Below, piece after piece: positions 9,901 to 18,832 of a DNA stretch of 64,000 nt. Below the pieces are notes generated by a model. The model worked only from the letters and a program-made list of their open reading frames with translations, was not told the DNA's origin and did no database searches. The translations under genes and the position numbers were made by a program. The stretch's first letter is position 1; each line of letters starts with the position of its first letter. The DNA is from Deltaproteobacteria bacterium (lineage in GTDB: Bacteria > Myxococcota > Kuafuiibacteriia > Kuafuiibacteriales > Kuafuiibacteriaceae): assembly GCA_040218735.1 (NCBI GenBank), contig JAVJQW010000008.1, positions 32,001-96,000 of the forward strand. The letters run 5' to 3'.

Positions 9901-10646
9901 TCGGTACGGGCGACGTCCGTTATCGCCTCGGCAACTTGGCCGGCGCGGCGGACCGCTACCTCGACGCGCTGACGGTCGTCGGCTCGAGCTCGAACACCAT
10001 GGAGAGCGCGTCGGCGCTGTGGGGGCTCGGCTACGTCGCGCTGTGGCGGGGCCGGCCCGACCGCGCCCGCGGATTGTTCAATCGCCAGCGCCGCATCGCG
10101 GAGCGCACCGCAAATCGGCACGCCGTCGCGCGGTGCCTCAATGGCCTGGCCGAGGTGGCGCGCATCGAAGGCGAGCTCACCGAAGCGGATCGACTCTACG
10201 CCGAAGCGATCGAGATCTTCGACGCGGTGGGATCGCCCGAATCGCAGGTCGGTCAACTCAACCGCGGCCTGGTCCTCCTCGCGCGCGACGAAGCGGAAGA
10301 AGCGCGCAAGCTCATCGAAGGCGTGCGCCCGTCCCTCGAAGCGGCGCACGGGCGCGTGCGCCTCCTCCAGCTGCACGCGATGATGCTCCCGATCGAAGCG
10401 GCGATGGATGCGTGGACTGCGTACGACGCACACTTCGAGATCGTGAAGAACCTGCTCGAGGCGTCGCGGCTCGTCGACGGCGACGTGGCCTGGTCCATCC
10501 AGCTCGGCGCCGACGCCGCCCGCAAGGCCGGCCAAGTGGAGCGCGCGGTCGCCGGCTACCGCGTCACGGTGGGGATGTGGCGGACGCTGACCCGAGACCG
10601 CGAGCTCGCGCAGGCCGAGCAGGCCCTCGGCGCGCTGGGCGCCTAG
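6951..10646 (+). CDS. Ser/Thr kinase - AAA/STAND-like ATPase - TPR protein (paralog 1)
   Basis: GRGGMA, VAVK, HRDIKPGN, DFG, APE; Walker A GLAGTGKS, Walker B LWLDD; TPR-like C-terminus; TTG start inferred from paralog. Confidence 0.9.
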   Translation: MAKLELGPISVEALIGRGGMADVFSGTHVRQNTPVAVKVITATYAMEPMFAQCFENEVQSVARLHHPGIVMVYDYGRIPHDFEFTPKIKLAKDSPYLVMEHAHHGALDRVKHTLKWSALRALLLSLLDALAHAHARGVLHRDIKPGNILVCGANEPRPGIKLTDFGIAHAMEREGVPSASEITGGTPLFMAPEQFDASWRDYGPWTDLYALGCLTFLYATGRPPFVGDHPMALAVSHLRKAPPRFQPEHAMPVGLEAWVLRCLEKDPRDRFRVAADAAWALRALGEPRDESAREREPSVLRVISAPAAPTTPNDAPPPESELSERTYTLVWDNALDRDTEELQDTITDLQLDLDETSGSEETSNVPDDILSFLDDTDDADATEAEIVLRRPDPLLPTTPPLPTSWRRPTPDGPPVHLMGAGLGLYGLRSIPMVGRDRERDLLWHALRLVRDDASARAVVLTGLAGTGKSRLVEWIAQRAVEVGSATVLRATHGPHGSPTEGLPRMVARFLRCTDLERPAVLERSEEVLRRLGATDPYEWQVLTELITPAPLVPDAPLDSSPAALTIPEGRERHAIVLRLIERLTEERPVILWLDDVHYSPDAIQFARFVLNAQNKRRRPVLLLLTAREELLVERALEAKLLDSLLMSPRVGKLEVEPLPLSSHEELVEGLLGLNRHVAHLVAQRTNGNPQYAVQLVGDWVHRGVLTLGDSGFSLVDGESTALPAGMHEVWTKRVELILERHEASQRTALEIAAILGRDVDQIEWEAASKKAGVKPSPALIDDLATRRLAQKTELGFSFSHNMLRETLERIAREQKRYEGLHQLCAEMLYERYGTLTRGMAERIGRHYLAGGCYKDALSPLLRGANERFAASEYLETEELLRDYERALEAINVPKADPRWSDCWVLRARVATVHGRFEEATSWATRAENNARRWDRTRVVAEALRERAQIAYHRGEPEEALDLYQGARKLFEELEDSRGVARCQIGTGDVRYRLGNLAGAADRYLDALTVVGSSSNTMESASALWGLGYVALWRGRPDRARGLFNRQRRIAERTANRHAVARCLNGLAEVARIEGELTEADRLYAEAIEIFDAVGSPESQVGQLNRGLVLLARDEAEEARKLIEGVRPSLEAAHGRVRLLQLHAMMLPIEAAMDAWTAYDAHFEIVKNLLEASRLVDGDVAWSIQLGADAARKAGQVERAVAGYRVTVGMWRTLTRDRELAQAEQALGALGA

Positions 10647-10704
10647 GGGGCCGGCCGATCGTCGGGTCGTATCGAACCGCCTGGTCTCGTAGGATCGCGA
10701 ATCG

Positions 10705-13700
10705 GTGAGCCCCCGTCCCATACCCTTGGGCCCGTTCGAGCTGCTGAGCCCGCTCGGACGCGGCGGCATGGCGATCGTCTGGGAGGGCGTCCACCGCGGC
10801 CAGGGCGTCCCGGTCGCGGTCAAGGTCATCACCAGCTCCCGGGCGCGACAGCAGCGTTTCCGGCGGGCGTTCGGGAGTGAGGTGCAGGCGGTCGCGAGCC
10901 TGGAGCACCCCGGCATCGTGATGGTCCTCGACCACGGCGAAGTCACCAAGGAGGCCCAGGACGCCTCCGAGGGGAAGCTCATGGCCGGGTCGCCGTACCT
11001 CGCGATGGAGCTCGCGAGCTGGGGCTCGCTCGACAAGGTCCACACGCCGCTGCGCTGGGACGACCTCGTCCGCACGCTCCTCGGCCTCCTCGACGCGCTC
11101 GCCCACGCACACGCGCGCGGCGTGATCCACCGCGACCTCAAGCCGGGCAACGTCCTGATGTCCGCGCCGACCGACGTGCGCCCCGGCCTCAAGCTCACCG
11201 ACTTCGGCATCGCCCACGCGCTCGACCACGAGGTGCGCGAGGGCGACGAGAGTAGCGGCACGCCGCACTTCATGGCGCCCGAGCAGTTCATGGGCGCGTG
11301 GCGCGACTACGGACCGTGGACCGATCTGTACGCGGTCGGCTGCCTGTCGTGTGTCCTCGCGTCGGGCAAGCTCCCGTTCTCCGGCGACAGCGCCGTGCAG
11401 CTCGCGTACGCCCACCTCAACCGGCCGCCGCCGGATCTCGAAGGCGCCCCCGAGCCGTTCGTGAACTGGGTTCATCGCCTCATGCAGAAGGACCCGCGCG
11501 ACCGTTATCGCCACGCCGCCGACGCGGGTTGGGCGCTCATGCGCATCTCGGACAAGCTCGCGAAGAAGAAGAAGCTCCGCGGGCTCTCCGCCGTCCCGGA
11601 CAGCCCGATGCGCTTCGTGCCCACCGAAGTGACGGAGGCCGCGAAGGAAGACACCCCGCCGGACCTCCCCACCGAGCTCGAGCCGAACGTCGATCTCGAA
11701 GACGGCACCGCCGTGGAGCTCAGCGTCGCGGCGGTGCGAAACCTCGGCGCCGCGATCCCCACGCACGACGTCAACCCGTTGCCGCCCGTGACGATCGTCG
11801 GCGACGAAGGCGAGCTCGCGACGGTCATGGGTCACACCCGCGCCGGCCTCACGCTGCCGTGGGTCGGCGAGCAAGGCTTCACGCCCGCGAGCGGAATGAC
11901 CCCAGCGTCCGTCCGCCCCTTGTCGATCGGAGAGGTGCGCGCTCCGCCGCTCGCGCCGCGCGACCTCCCGCCCCTGCCGCGCACCTGGCGACGTGAGCAG
12001 AACGTACGGGTCTCGATGCCGCTCGTCGGCGCGGGTCTCGGCCTCTACGGCCTGCGCGCGATCCCGATGGTCGACCGCGACGAAGAACGCGACACCATCT
12101 GGTCGACGCTCCGCACCGTGCGCGAAGAACGCACCGCGCGCGCGATCGTCCTGCGCGGCGCGGCCGGCAACGGGAAGAGCCGCGTGGTCGAGTGGATGAC
12201 CCAGCGCGCCAACGAGGTCGGGAGCGCGCACGTGCTCAAGGCCGTGCACGGCCCGATCGCCGGACCGCTCGACGGCATCGCGCGCATGGTGGCGCGACAC
12301 CTCCGCTGCGCCGATCTCCCGCGCGACAAGATCTTCGAGCGCACGAAGAAGCTCCTCACGGAGGACGGCATCAGCGACGAGTACGAGTGGGCGGCGCTCA
12401 CGGAGCTGATGAGCCCGGCGATGACGCTCGACCCGCAGACGCAGCAGCGCCACGTGCGGTTCTCGAACCGCGCGGAGCAGCACGTCCTCGTGCGTCGTTT
12501 GCTGGAGCGGCTCGCGAAGAAACGCCCGGTCATCGTGTGGCTGGAGGACGTGCAGTGGGGGAGCGACGCCGTGAACTTCGCCGCGCACATGCTCCGCGCG
12601 CAGGCGCAGTCGCCGAGCTCCGTCCTGCTGCTGCTGACCGTGCGCGACGAAGCGCTCGAGGAGCGCCCGCTCGAGACCAAGACCGTCGCGGATCTCGCGG
12701 CGCTCCCCGGGTGCTCGTCGGTGCAGATCGCGCCGCTGTCCAAGCTCGACCAGGAGCGGTTGGTGAGCGAGCTGCTCGTGCTCGACGGAGAGCTGGCGTC
12801 GCAGGTCGCGGACCGCACCGACGGCAACCCTCTGTTTGCGATCCAGCTCGTGGGCGACTGGGTGCAGCGCGGCGTGTTGGAGGTCGCGGAGTCGGGTTTC
12901 GTGCTCCAGCGGGGCGAGGACGCGCAGCTCCCCGACGACATCCACCAGCTGTGGACGCGCCGGATCAACCGCGTGCTCGGCGGTCAACCCAAGGCGTCGC
13001 GCCTCGCGTTGGAGGTCGCCGCGACGTTGGGGCACGAGGTCGAGGCCGACGAGTGGCAAGCGACGGTCGCGGAGTACGGCGAGCAGATCCCGCCGCTGCT
13101 CCTGATCCTCTTGATCGAGCACCGCCTCGCCGTGAGCGAGGGTGAGGCGTGGTCGTTCGCGCACGGGATGCTGCGCGAGAGCATGGAGCGCTCGGCGAAG
13201 GAGCGGGGGCGCCTCCAGGAGCACCACCGCGCGTGTGCGCGCATGCTCGAGGCCCGCTACGGCGCGCGCGCGCCGGGGGTGCCGGAGCGCCTCGGCCGAC
13301 ACTACCTCGCAGCGCGGGAACACGTACGGGCGCTCGGCCCGTTGCTCGAGGGCGCCCGCGCGCGCTTCGCCACGAGTGAGTTCGCGGAGGCGCTCGCGTT
13401 GATCAAGTTGCGTGAGGAAGCGCTCGAACACCTGCAGGCGCCCGAGGACGACGTGCGCTGGGGTGAGTGTTGGATCCTGCGCGCCCGCATCAACACGGTG
13501 CAGGGGCACTTCGACGCCGCGCAGCGCTGGGCGGAGCGCGCGGAGCGACAGGCGCAGCGTTGGAACTGGCAAGACATCCTGCCGCTCGCGCTCGAACGGT
13601 TGGCGCACGTCGCCCACGAGCGCGGCGATCAGAAGGTCTCGATCGATCGCTTCGAAGCGGCCAAGGCCTTGTTCGAGCGCAACGAAGACCACCACGGAAT

Positions 13701-14457
13701 CGCCGCGTGCATCCTCGGAGTCGGCGAGGCGGTGTATCGGTTCGGCGATCTGGAGCGCGCGGAGCGTTACTACGAGCAGGCGCTCTCACGCTTCGAAGCG
13801 CTGGACGACGCGGGCTCCATCGCAGAGTGCCTGGAGGGCCTCGGCTTCGTCGCGCTGTGGCGCGGCGACGTGGAGGAGGCGGCGAGCCTCTTCGCGCGAG
13901 ACCTCGCGCTGCTCGAGTCGGCCGGTAACCGCCTGAAGCTCGCTCGCGCGGTGGGTGCGATGGGGGAGGCGGCGCGACAGGCCGGGCACCTCGACGAAGC
14001 GGAGCAACACTACCGGCGCGCGCTCGCGATCGACGAGGCGATCGGTTCGAGCTCGACGTGGTTGGACCGGCTCAACCTCGGGTTGGTGCTCCTCGCGCGC
14101 GGTGAGTTCGAGCAAGCGCACCAGATCATCGAAGCGGTGCGCGCGACGCTCGGCGAGCGCGGCGAGCCATCCCAGATGTGGGCGGTGCACTGTCAGCTGC
14201 TCCCGACGCTCGCGGAGAAGCGCGACTGGGACGCGTGGGACCAGCACTACCGCGAGGGAACCCGCCTGCTGAAGGCGCTGCGCCTCAAGGACGGCGACGC
14301 CGCCTGGCTCCTTGCCCTCGCCGGCGACCGCGCACGCCTCGCCGACGCCCCGGTGCGCGCGCGCCACGTCTACGAGCAAGCTCTCGCGCAGTGGCAGGCG
14401 TTGGGCCGCCCGGACAAGGTCGCCGAGGTCGAAGAGGCGATCGCCTCACTCGGCTAA
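10705..14457 (+). CDS. Ser/Thr kinase - AAA/STAND-like ATPase - TPR protein (paralog 2)
   Basis: GRGGMA, HRDLKPGN, DFG; GAAGNGKS, WLEDVQW; collinear with paralog 1. Confidence 0.9.
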   Translation: MSPRPIPLGPFELLSPLGRGGMAIVWEGVHRGQGVPVAVKVITSSRARQQRFRRAFGSEVQAVASLEHPGIVMVLDHGEVTKEAQDASEGKLMAGSPYLAMELASWGSLDKVHTPLRWDDLVRTLLGLLDALAHAHARGVIHRDLKPGNVLMSAPTDVRPGLKLTDFGIAHALDHEVREGDESSGTPHFMAPEQFMGAWRDYGPWTDLYAVGCLSCVLASGKLPFSGDSAVQLAYAHLNRPPPDLEGAPEPFVNWVHRLMQKDPRDRYRHAADAGWALMRISDKLAKKKKLRGLSAVPDSPMRFVPTEVTEAAKEDTPPDLPTELEPNVDLEDGTAVELSVAAVRNLGAAIPTHDVNPLPPVTIVGDEGELATVMGHTRAGLTLPWVGEQGFTPASGMTPASVRPLSIGEVRAPPLAPRDLPPLPRTWRREQNVRVSMPLVGAGLGLYGLRAIPMVDRDEERDTIWSTLRTVREERTARAIVLRGAAGNGKSRVVEWMTQRANEVGSAHVLKAVHGPIAGPLDGIARMVARHLRCADLPRDKIFERTKKLLTEDGISDEYEWAALTELMSPAMTLDPQTQQRHVRFSNRAEQHVLVRRLLERLAKKRPVIVWLEDVQWGSDAVNFAAHMLRAQAQSPSSVLLLLTVRDEALEERPLETKTVADLAALPGCSSVQIAPLSKLDQERLVSELLVLDGELASQVADRTDGNPLFAIQLVGDWVQRGVLEVAESGFVLQRGEDAQLPDDIHQLWTRRINRVLGGQPKASRLALEVAATLGHEVEADEWQATVAEYGEQIPPLLLILLIEHRLAVSEGEAWSFAHGMLRESMERSAKERGRLQEHHRACARMLEARYGARAPGVPERLGRHYLAAREHVRALGPLLEGARARFATSEFAEALALIKLREEALEHLQAPEDDVRWGECWILRARINTVQGHFDAAQRWAERAERQAQRWNWQDILPLALERLAHVAHERGDQKVSIDRFEAAKALFERNEDHHGIAACILGVGEAVYRFGDLERAERYYEQALSRFEALDDAGSIAECLEGLGFVALWRGDVEEAASLFARDLALLESAGNRLKLARAVGAMGEAARQAGHLDEAEQHYRRALAIDEAIGSSSTWLDRLNLGLVLLARGEFEQAHQIIEAVRATLGERGEPSQMWAVHCQLLPTLAEKRDWDAWDQHYREGTRLLKALRLKDGDAAWLLALAGDRARLADAPVRARHVYEQALAQWQALGRPDKVAEVEEAIASLG

Positions 14458-16520
14458 CGCGGCGGCGCGCGCGACGGCCACTGATACACCCCGCCCGCGT
14501 ACGTCGCCGCGACGACGCGACCACGGCCCACGGTGAGGTTCCACGGCAGCCACGAGGTCTCGAGGACCTCGACCAGCGTCGGGAGCGCCGGGTTCGAGAT
14601 GTCGACCACGGACACTCCGTCCAAGAGCGCGACGAAGAAGCGGTCGCCCGCGAGCGCGACCGGGCCTCCCGTGCGGTCGCTCCCGGCGGTCCATCGGCCG
14701 AGCGGCACCGGCGCGGCGGGCACGGAGATGTCGTAGACGTGCACGCCGTCCTCGCACGCGACCACGAGGCGGGTGCCCTCGATCGCGACACCCACGCCGG
14801 AGTCGCAGTCCGATGCGTACGCGACGAGCTGGATGTTCGTCGGGTCGGCCACGTCGTAGACGTAGAGCCCACCCGGCAGGCCGAGCGCGGACGCCGCGAC
14901 GAAGACGTGGGTTCCGCTGCCCTCGATGTCGCGCACGAACGCGCTCGGGTGTGAGCCGAGCTCCGTGGGCCCGTCGCGGCCGCCCGTCGAGAAGACCCGG
15001 ATCGAGCCGCCGTTGGTCCCCTCCCCCACCACGACGTACGGACCGGCGAACGTCAGCGCGGTCGGGTAGCCGGCGGTCGGCACCGTCGCGATGACGGTCG
15101 GGTTCGTCGCGTCCGAGATGTCGAAGGCCCACAGCCCCGTGAACCAGTCCGCGACGTAGGCGACGTCTCCGTCGACCACGACCTCCTCGAAGTCCGTGTC
15201 CAGCTCCCAGTGACGGCCGAGCAAGGTGAGGTCGTCCGCGCGCAGCACGCCGACGGCGCCAACCGCGCCGGGCGCAGTCTCGGTGACGGCGATGCGCTGG
15301 CCCCACGTCGTCGCGGAGTAGCAGTACGCACAAGGCCCGGTGTGGGTCTCGCCGAGGGAGGTCGCGCCCGACGTAATGTCGAACGCCTCGACCATGCCCT
15401 GGTAGTCGACGAACACCAGGCGGCCCGCCTCCGCGGCGCCGGCGGTGAGCGCCCAGATGCCGGTGCCGTACGACGGGCTCGCGACGATCGCCGCGGGGTT
15501 CGAGAGATCGAGCCGTCGCAGCTGACCGTCCGGGTTCAACCAGACGCCGTCTTCGTCCGCGGCGGAGGCGTAGATGGGTACGGCGGGGCTCGTGTACAGC
15601 CGCGTCAACGACGGGAGCGACGCGAGGTCCTCGACCGTCGCGCCGTTGTGACCTCGCGTCAGGAGCAGCCCGCCCGGGAGGAGCTCGCTCCCCACCACGC
15701 CGAGGTTGGCGCGCCCGAGGGACTCGAACGTCGTGGTGTCGAACGCCTCGACCGCACGTTGTCCGTTGAACGCATTCGACACCGCGAGCAGGCGGCTGCC
15801 GTGCACCCGCAGATCGACGACGTGGTACGTCTCGATCATCGACTGCACCACCGGCCGCGCCGGGTCGGCGAGGTCGAGGATGTAGATGCCGTGCTCTGCG
15901 TCCGAGACGTAGAGACGGGTCCCGTCGATCAACGTCGCGACGAGTCGCGAGTACGTCCCGTTGCCGAGGCGCATCACGCCGACCTCGACCGGGTGGCCGA
16001 TCGTCGACGTGTCGATGACGTGCAGGTGACTGTCCAACGAATCGACGGTGGTGACGTACGTGTAGTCGCCGTGCGGAGCGATCGCGCTGACCAACCCCGA
16101 GAGCGCTTCACTCTGACCGAGCCGCGCTGGCTGTTGTGTCACGTCCCAGATCGTCAGACGGGGCCCCACGCCGACGTACGCGAGCCCTTGGTACAGCTCG
16201 ACGGTCTCGGTGCGACCGCCCGCATGCTCGACGAGGATCGGGGGCTCGGGATCTTCGACGCCAGCGTCGCGGCCCCCGTCGTAGGGTTCGGTCCCGCCGT
16301 CCCGGAACCCTGCGTCGCGCGGCACGCTTGCGTCGGTGACGAAGCCCGCGTCACGTTCGGTCGCGGCGTCCATGGGTTCGAACCCCGCATCGCGGTGATG
16401 CGGGACGTGAGCGTCCGGTGTGCTCGGGTCGATGTCGGTGCCGCCGGGGCACCCGGTGAGTACGGTGAGCGCGATCGCAGCGATCACTGCGGAGGGATGG
16501 AGACGTCGCACGAGCATCAT
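14454..16520 (-). CDS. LVIVD-repeat beta-propeller lipoprotein
   Basis: VLTGC lipobox, DAG-rich stalk, repeated 'AYVA...GL..(F/I)D(I/V)SDxxNP' units. Confidence 0.8.
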   Translation of the reverse strand: MMLVRRLHPSAVIAAIALTVLTGCPGGTDIDPSTPDAHVPHHRDAGFEPMDAATERDAGFVTDASVPRDAGFRDGGTEPYDGGRDAGVEDPEPPILVEHAGGRTETVELYQGLAYVGVGPRLTIWDVTQQPARLGQSEALSGLVSAIAPHGDYTYVTTVDSLDSHLHVIDTSTIGHPVEVGVMRLGNGTYSRLVATLIDGTRLYVSDAEHGIYILDLADPARPVVQSMIETYHVVDLRVHGSRLLAVSNAFNGQRAVEAFDTTTFESLGRANLGVVGSELLPGGLLLTRGHNGATVEDLASLPSLTRLYTSPAVPIYASAADEDGVWLNPDGQLRRLDLSNPAAIVASPSYGTGIWALTAGAAEAGRLVFVDYQGMVEAFDITSGATSLGETHTGPCAYCYSATTWGQRIAVTETAPGAVGAVGVLRADDLTLLGRHWELDTDFEEVVVDGDVAYVADWFTGLWAFDISDATNPTVIATVPTAGYPTALTFAGPYVVVGEGTNGGSIRVFSTGGRDGPTELGSHPSAFVRDIEGSGTHVFVAASALGLPGGLYVYDVADPTNIQLVAYASDCDSGVGVAIEGTRLVVACEDGVHVYDISVPAAPVPLGRWTAGSDRTGGPVALAGDRFFVALLDGVSVVDISNPALPTLVEVLETSWLPWNLTVGRGRVVAATYAGGVYQWPSRAPPR

Positions 16521-16645
16521 GAGATGACCCTCGAACCAGCCTTTTCGATTTTCAGGGGAAGGAGTCACCCACGCCCCAGTGGCGTGGATGAAAAAAGCAT
16601 CTGCTCACATCCGAACGCTCGTCAACGAAGTTCGACGGCCCCGCG

Positions 16646-17848
16646 TCAGTTACCGGGACCGAGGCTGCGCAGACGTTCCTCGGCGTCGAGGCGTTCGTTC
16701 TCGTGCGCAATCTTTCCGGACACGACGCCGCCGCAACCCGGGCAAGTCTCTTCGCCACCGTCGAGGGCGTGCGCGCAGTTCGGGTCGGAGCACTTCGAAA
16801 CGTGCTGGCGGTACGCGAAGCGGGCGACCAGAGTCACGAAGACCGCGGCGCCCATGTACGCGACGATCCCCAGTTTCGGGAGCGCAACGAGACCGACCAC
16901 CGCCCCGATGCCACCGCACAACAACCACCCGGGTCGAAACGTCCGCTCGACGTGGAACACACGACGCCCGGCGACGGGCGCCACCTCCGGTTCGGGCTCG
17001 GGGTCCGGCAGGTCGAGGAGCGCCTGGGGCACGGACGTGATCGGGTCCAGCGCGCCCGGGTCGAACGGGTCGTTCCCCTCCGGCGGCGCGCTGACGGCGG
17101 CGCGCAGGGTGTCGTCGTCCTTCAACGAACGCAACGCCGCCGCGAACATCGCCGCCTGGGTGGTCTCCAGCTCGCCCTTCAGCCGACGCACCGCCGAGCC
17201 GTCCAACCCGCGTGCGTCGGCGTACGCGGCGAGCGCGAAGCTCATCGCCTGCGGCGGGAGGTACCCGAGCGAAGCGTGTGACCACTCCGTGTACGCCATG
17301 TAACCGACGAGCTCGCCGGAGCTTCGGTACAGGTAGCTCGCGTTCGTGCTGAGGAGGCCGAAGCCCAGATAAATCGTCGTGAGGTCCGTGAGGCGCTCCT
17401 CCTCCTCGGCGTCCTCCGACTCCAACCCGTGGTAGCAGCGAAAGGCGTGCGCGACCTCGTGCGCCATGGCGGCGACGAGGCGCTCTGCATCGCCGAGCAA
17501 CGTGACCTCGGCGCCGAAGTGACAGGTCGTGCCTTCGACCCCCGCGAACCAGGCCGCCGCGCCCGCGTGGTGCGACTGCGTCCCGGACGCCGTCGTCTCG
17601 ACGACCGGTTGCTCCCCGACGAACACCGCGATGCTCGGCTCCAGCTCGCCCAACCCCGCGAACCCGAGCAACCGACGCGCGAGCACGTACACCCCCGCGG
17701 CGTTCGGGGACCACGCGTCGACGAAGAAGGTGTCGTTCGGCAAGACGATCGCTGCGTCGAGGATTCGCTGCCGACCGCAGGCATCCACGAGATCTCGGAG
17801 TCGCTCGAGGATCCACGTGCGCTCGGCGGGCGTGGGGAGCTTCTGCAC
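16646..17848 (-). CDS. Membrane protein with HExxH zincin-like motif and C-terminal Zn ribbon
   Basis: MAHEVAH, downstream EERLTD, two TM helices, CSDPNC...CPGC. Confidence 0.7.
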   Translation of the reverse strand: MQKLPTPAERTWILERLRDLVDACGRQRILDAAIVLPNDTFFVDAWSPNAAGVYVLARRLLGFAGLGELEPSIAVFVGEQPVVETTASGTQSHHAGAAAWFAGVEGTTCHFGAEVTLLGDAERLVAAMAHEVAHAFRCYHGLESEDAEEEERLTDLTTIYLGFGLLSTNASYLYRSSGELVGYMAYTEWSHASLGYLPPQAMSFALAAYADARGLDGSAVRRLKGELETTQAAMFAAALRSLKDDDTLRAAVSAPPEGNDPFDPGALDPITSVPQALLDLPDPEPEPEVAPVAGRRVFHVERTFRPGWLLCGGIGAVVGLVALPKLGIVAYMGAAVFVTLVARFAYRQHVSKCSDPNCAHALDGGEETCPGCGGVVSGKIAHENERLDAEERLRSLGPGN

Positions 17849-17858
17849 GAGCGCGAGC

Positions 17859-18809
17859 CTAAGCCGAGAACCCCGCCTTGCGAAGCGCGGAGCGCCCGCG
17901 TGCGCCGATCGGGTTGTCGTCGAGTCGGAGCGTGCACCGGCCGGGGTCGATCACGTTCGCGAGCGCCGTCGCGCCGCGGTCGCCGATGTCGGCGTCCGAG
18001 AGATCGAGCCGCCGCAACGCCTCGGCGGGCCCGGCGGCGAGCAACGCGTCGACGCCATCGTCGTCGATCGGATTGCTCGCGGCGACGAGGCTCTCGAGGT
18101 CGCCGAGCCGCGCGACCGCCGCGACGCTCGTCGTCGACGTGCTGGCCACGTTGAGGAGGCGCAGACCTCTACGGCCGGCGAGCGCCTCGACGCCCTCCGT
18201 CTGCAGCGGGTTGTCTTCGAGGTAGAGCGATCGAACCCCCGCGAGGTGCGGCGAGTCGCCGAGCGCACGCGCGCCGCGCGAACCGACGCCGTTCATCCGA
18301 ATGTTCAGCTCCACGACGGAGCGAAGGCTCGCCGTGTTCGCGACGAGCTCGGCGCCCGCGTCGCCGAGCTCGTTGATGCCGAGGTGCAGCTGCTCCAGCT
18401 CGGCGGCGAGCGGGCTGTCGAGGACCGGCGCGAGGCCGTCCGCGGTGAGTTGGTTGCAGCAGAGGTTGAGGTTCTTCAGCTGGGTGAGTGACTTCGAAGC
18501 CGCGAGGTGGGCAGCGCCCTCGTTCTGCAGGTCATTGTTGTAGAGGTAGAGAGTGCGCAGGGCGGAGAGTACCTGCGCCTCGGCCAGCGTTCGCGCCCCT
18601 GCCTCGCCGATTCGGTTCCAGCCGAGGACGAGGTGCCGCAGGCCGGGGCCGACGTTGTCGACGAGCGCGCGCACCGCGGCGTCGTCGAGGTCGCAGCGCA
18701 TGAGGCGGAGATCTTCGATGTCCCGGTTCGCCGGGTCCTTCAGTAGCGCCGCCACGGCGTCGGCGTCGAGCGCGCGGCCGATGACGCGCAGCGAGGTTCG
18801 TTCGGCCAT
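17859..18809 (-). CDS. Leucine-rich repeat protein (RNI/GALA-like)
   Basis: Repeated LxxLxLxxNxIGxxGAxxLA units. Confidence 0.85.
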   Translation of the reverse strand: MAERTSLRVIGRALDADAVAALLKDPANRDIEDLRLMRCDLDDAAVRALVDNVGPGLRHLVLGWNRIGEAGARTLAEAQVLSALRTLYLYNNDLQNEGAAHLAASKSLTQLKNLNLCCNQLTADGLAPVLDSPLAAELEQLHLGINELGDAGAELVANTASLRSVVELNIRMNGVGSRGARALGDSPHLAGVRSLYLEDNPLQTEGVEALAGRRGLRLLNVASTSTTSVAAVARLGDLESLVAASNPIDDDGVDALLAAGPAEALRRLDLSDADIGDRGATALANVIDPGRCTLRLDDNPIGARGRSALRKAGFSA

Positions 18810-18815
18810 GGGTCG

Positions 18816-18825
18816 AGTCTATACT
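18816..18825. promoter_or_regulatory. Overlapping divergent -10 elements (putative bidirectional leaderless promoter)
   Basis: TATACT (+, 18820-18825) 7 nt before ATG 18833; TAGACT (-, 18821-18816) 6 nt before ATG 18809. Confidence 0.55.
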
Positions 18826-18832
18826 GGATGGG

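Noticed and set aside
10564-13695. 1043-aa minus-strand ORF and similar long antisense ORFs (1909-4032, 27465-29939, 42878-45130, 46429-48690, 58949-61540)
   Set aside because: Shadow frames of real genes in high-GC DNA; Arg/Val/Ala-rich with no recognisable motifs
16260-16400. DAG/DAS peptide repeats in lipoprotein stalks (also 37850-37990)
   Set aside because: Common low-complexity linker in myxobacterial exported proteins
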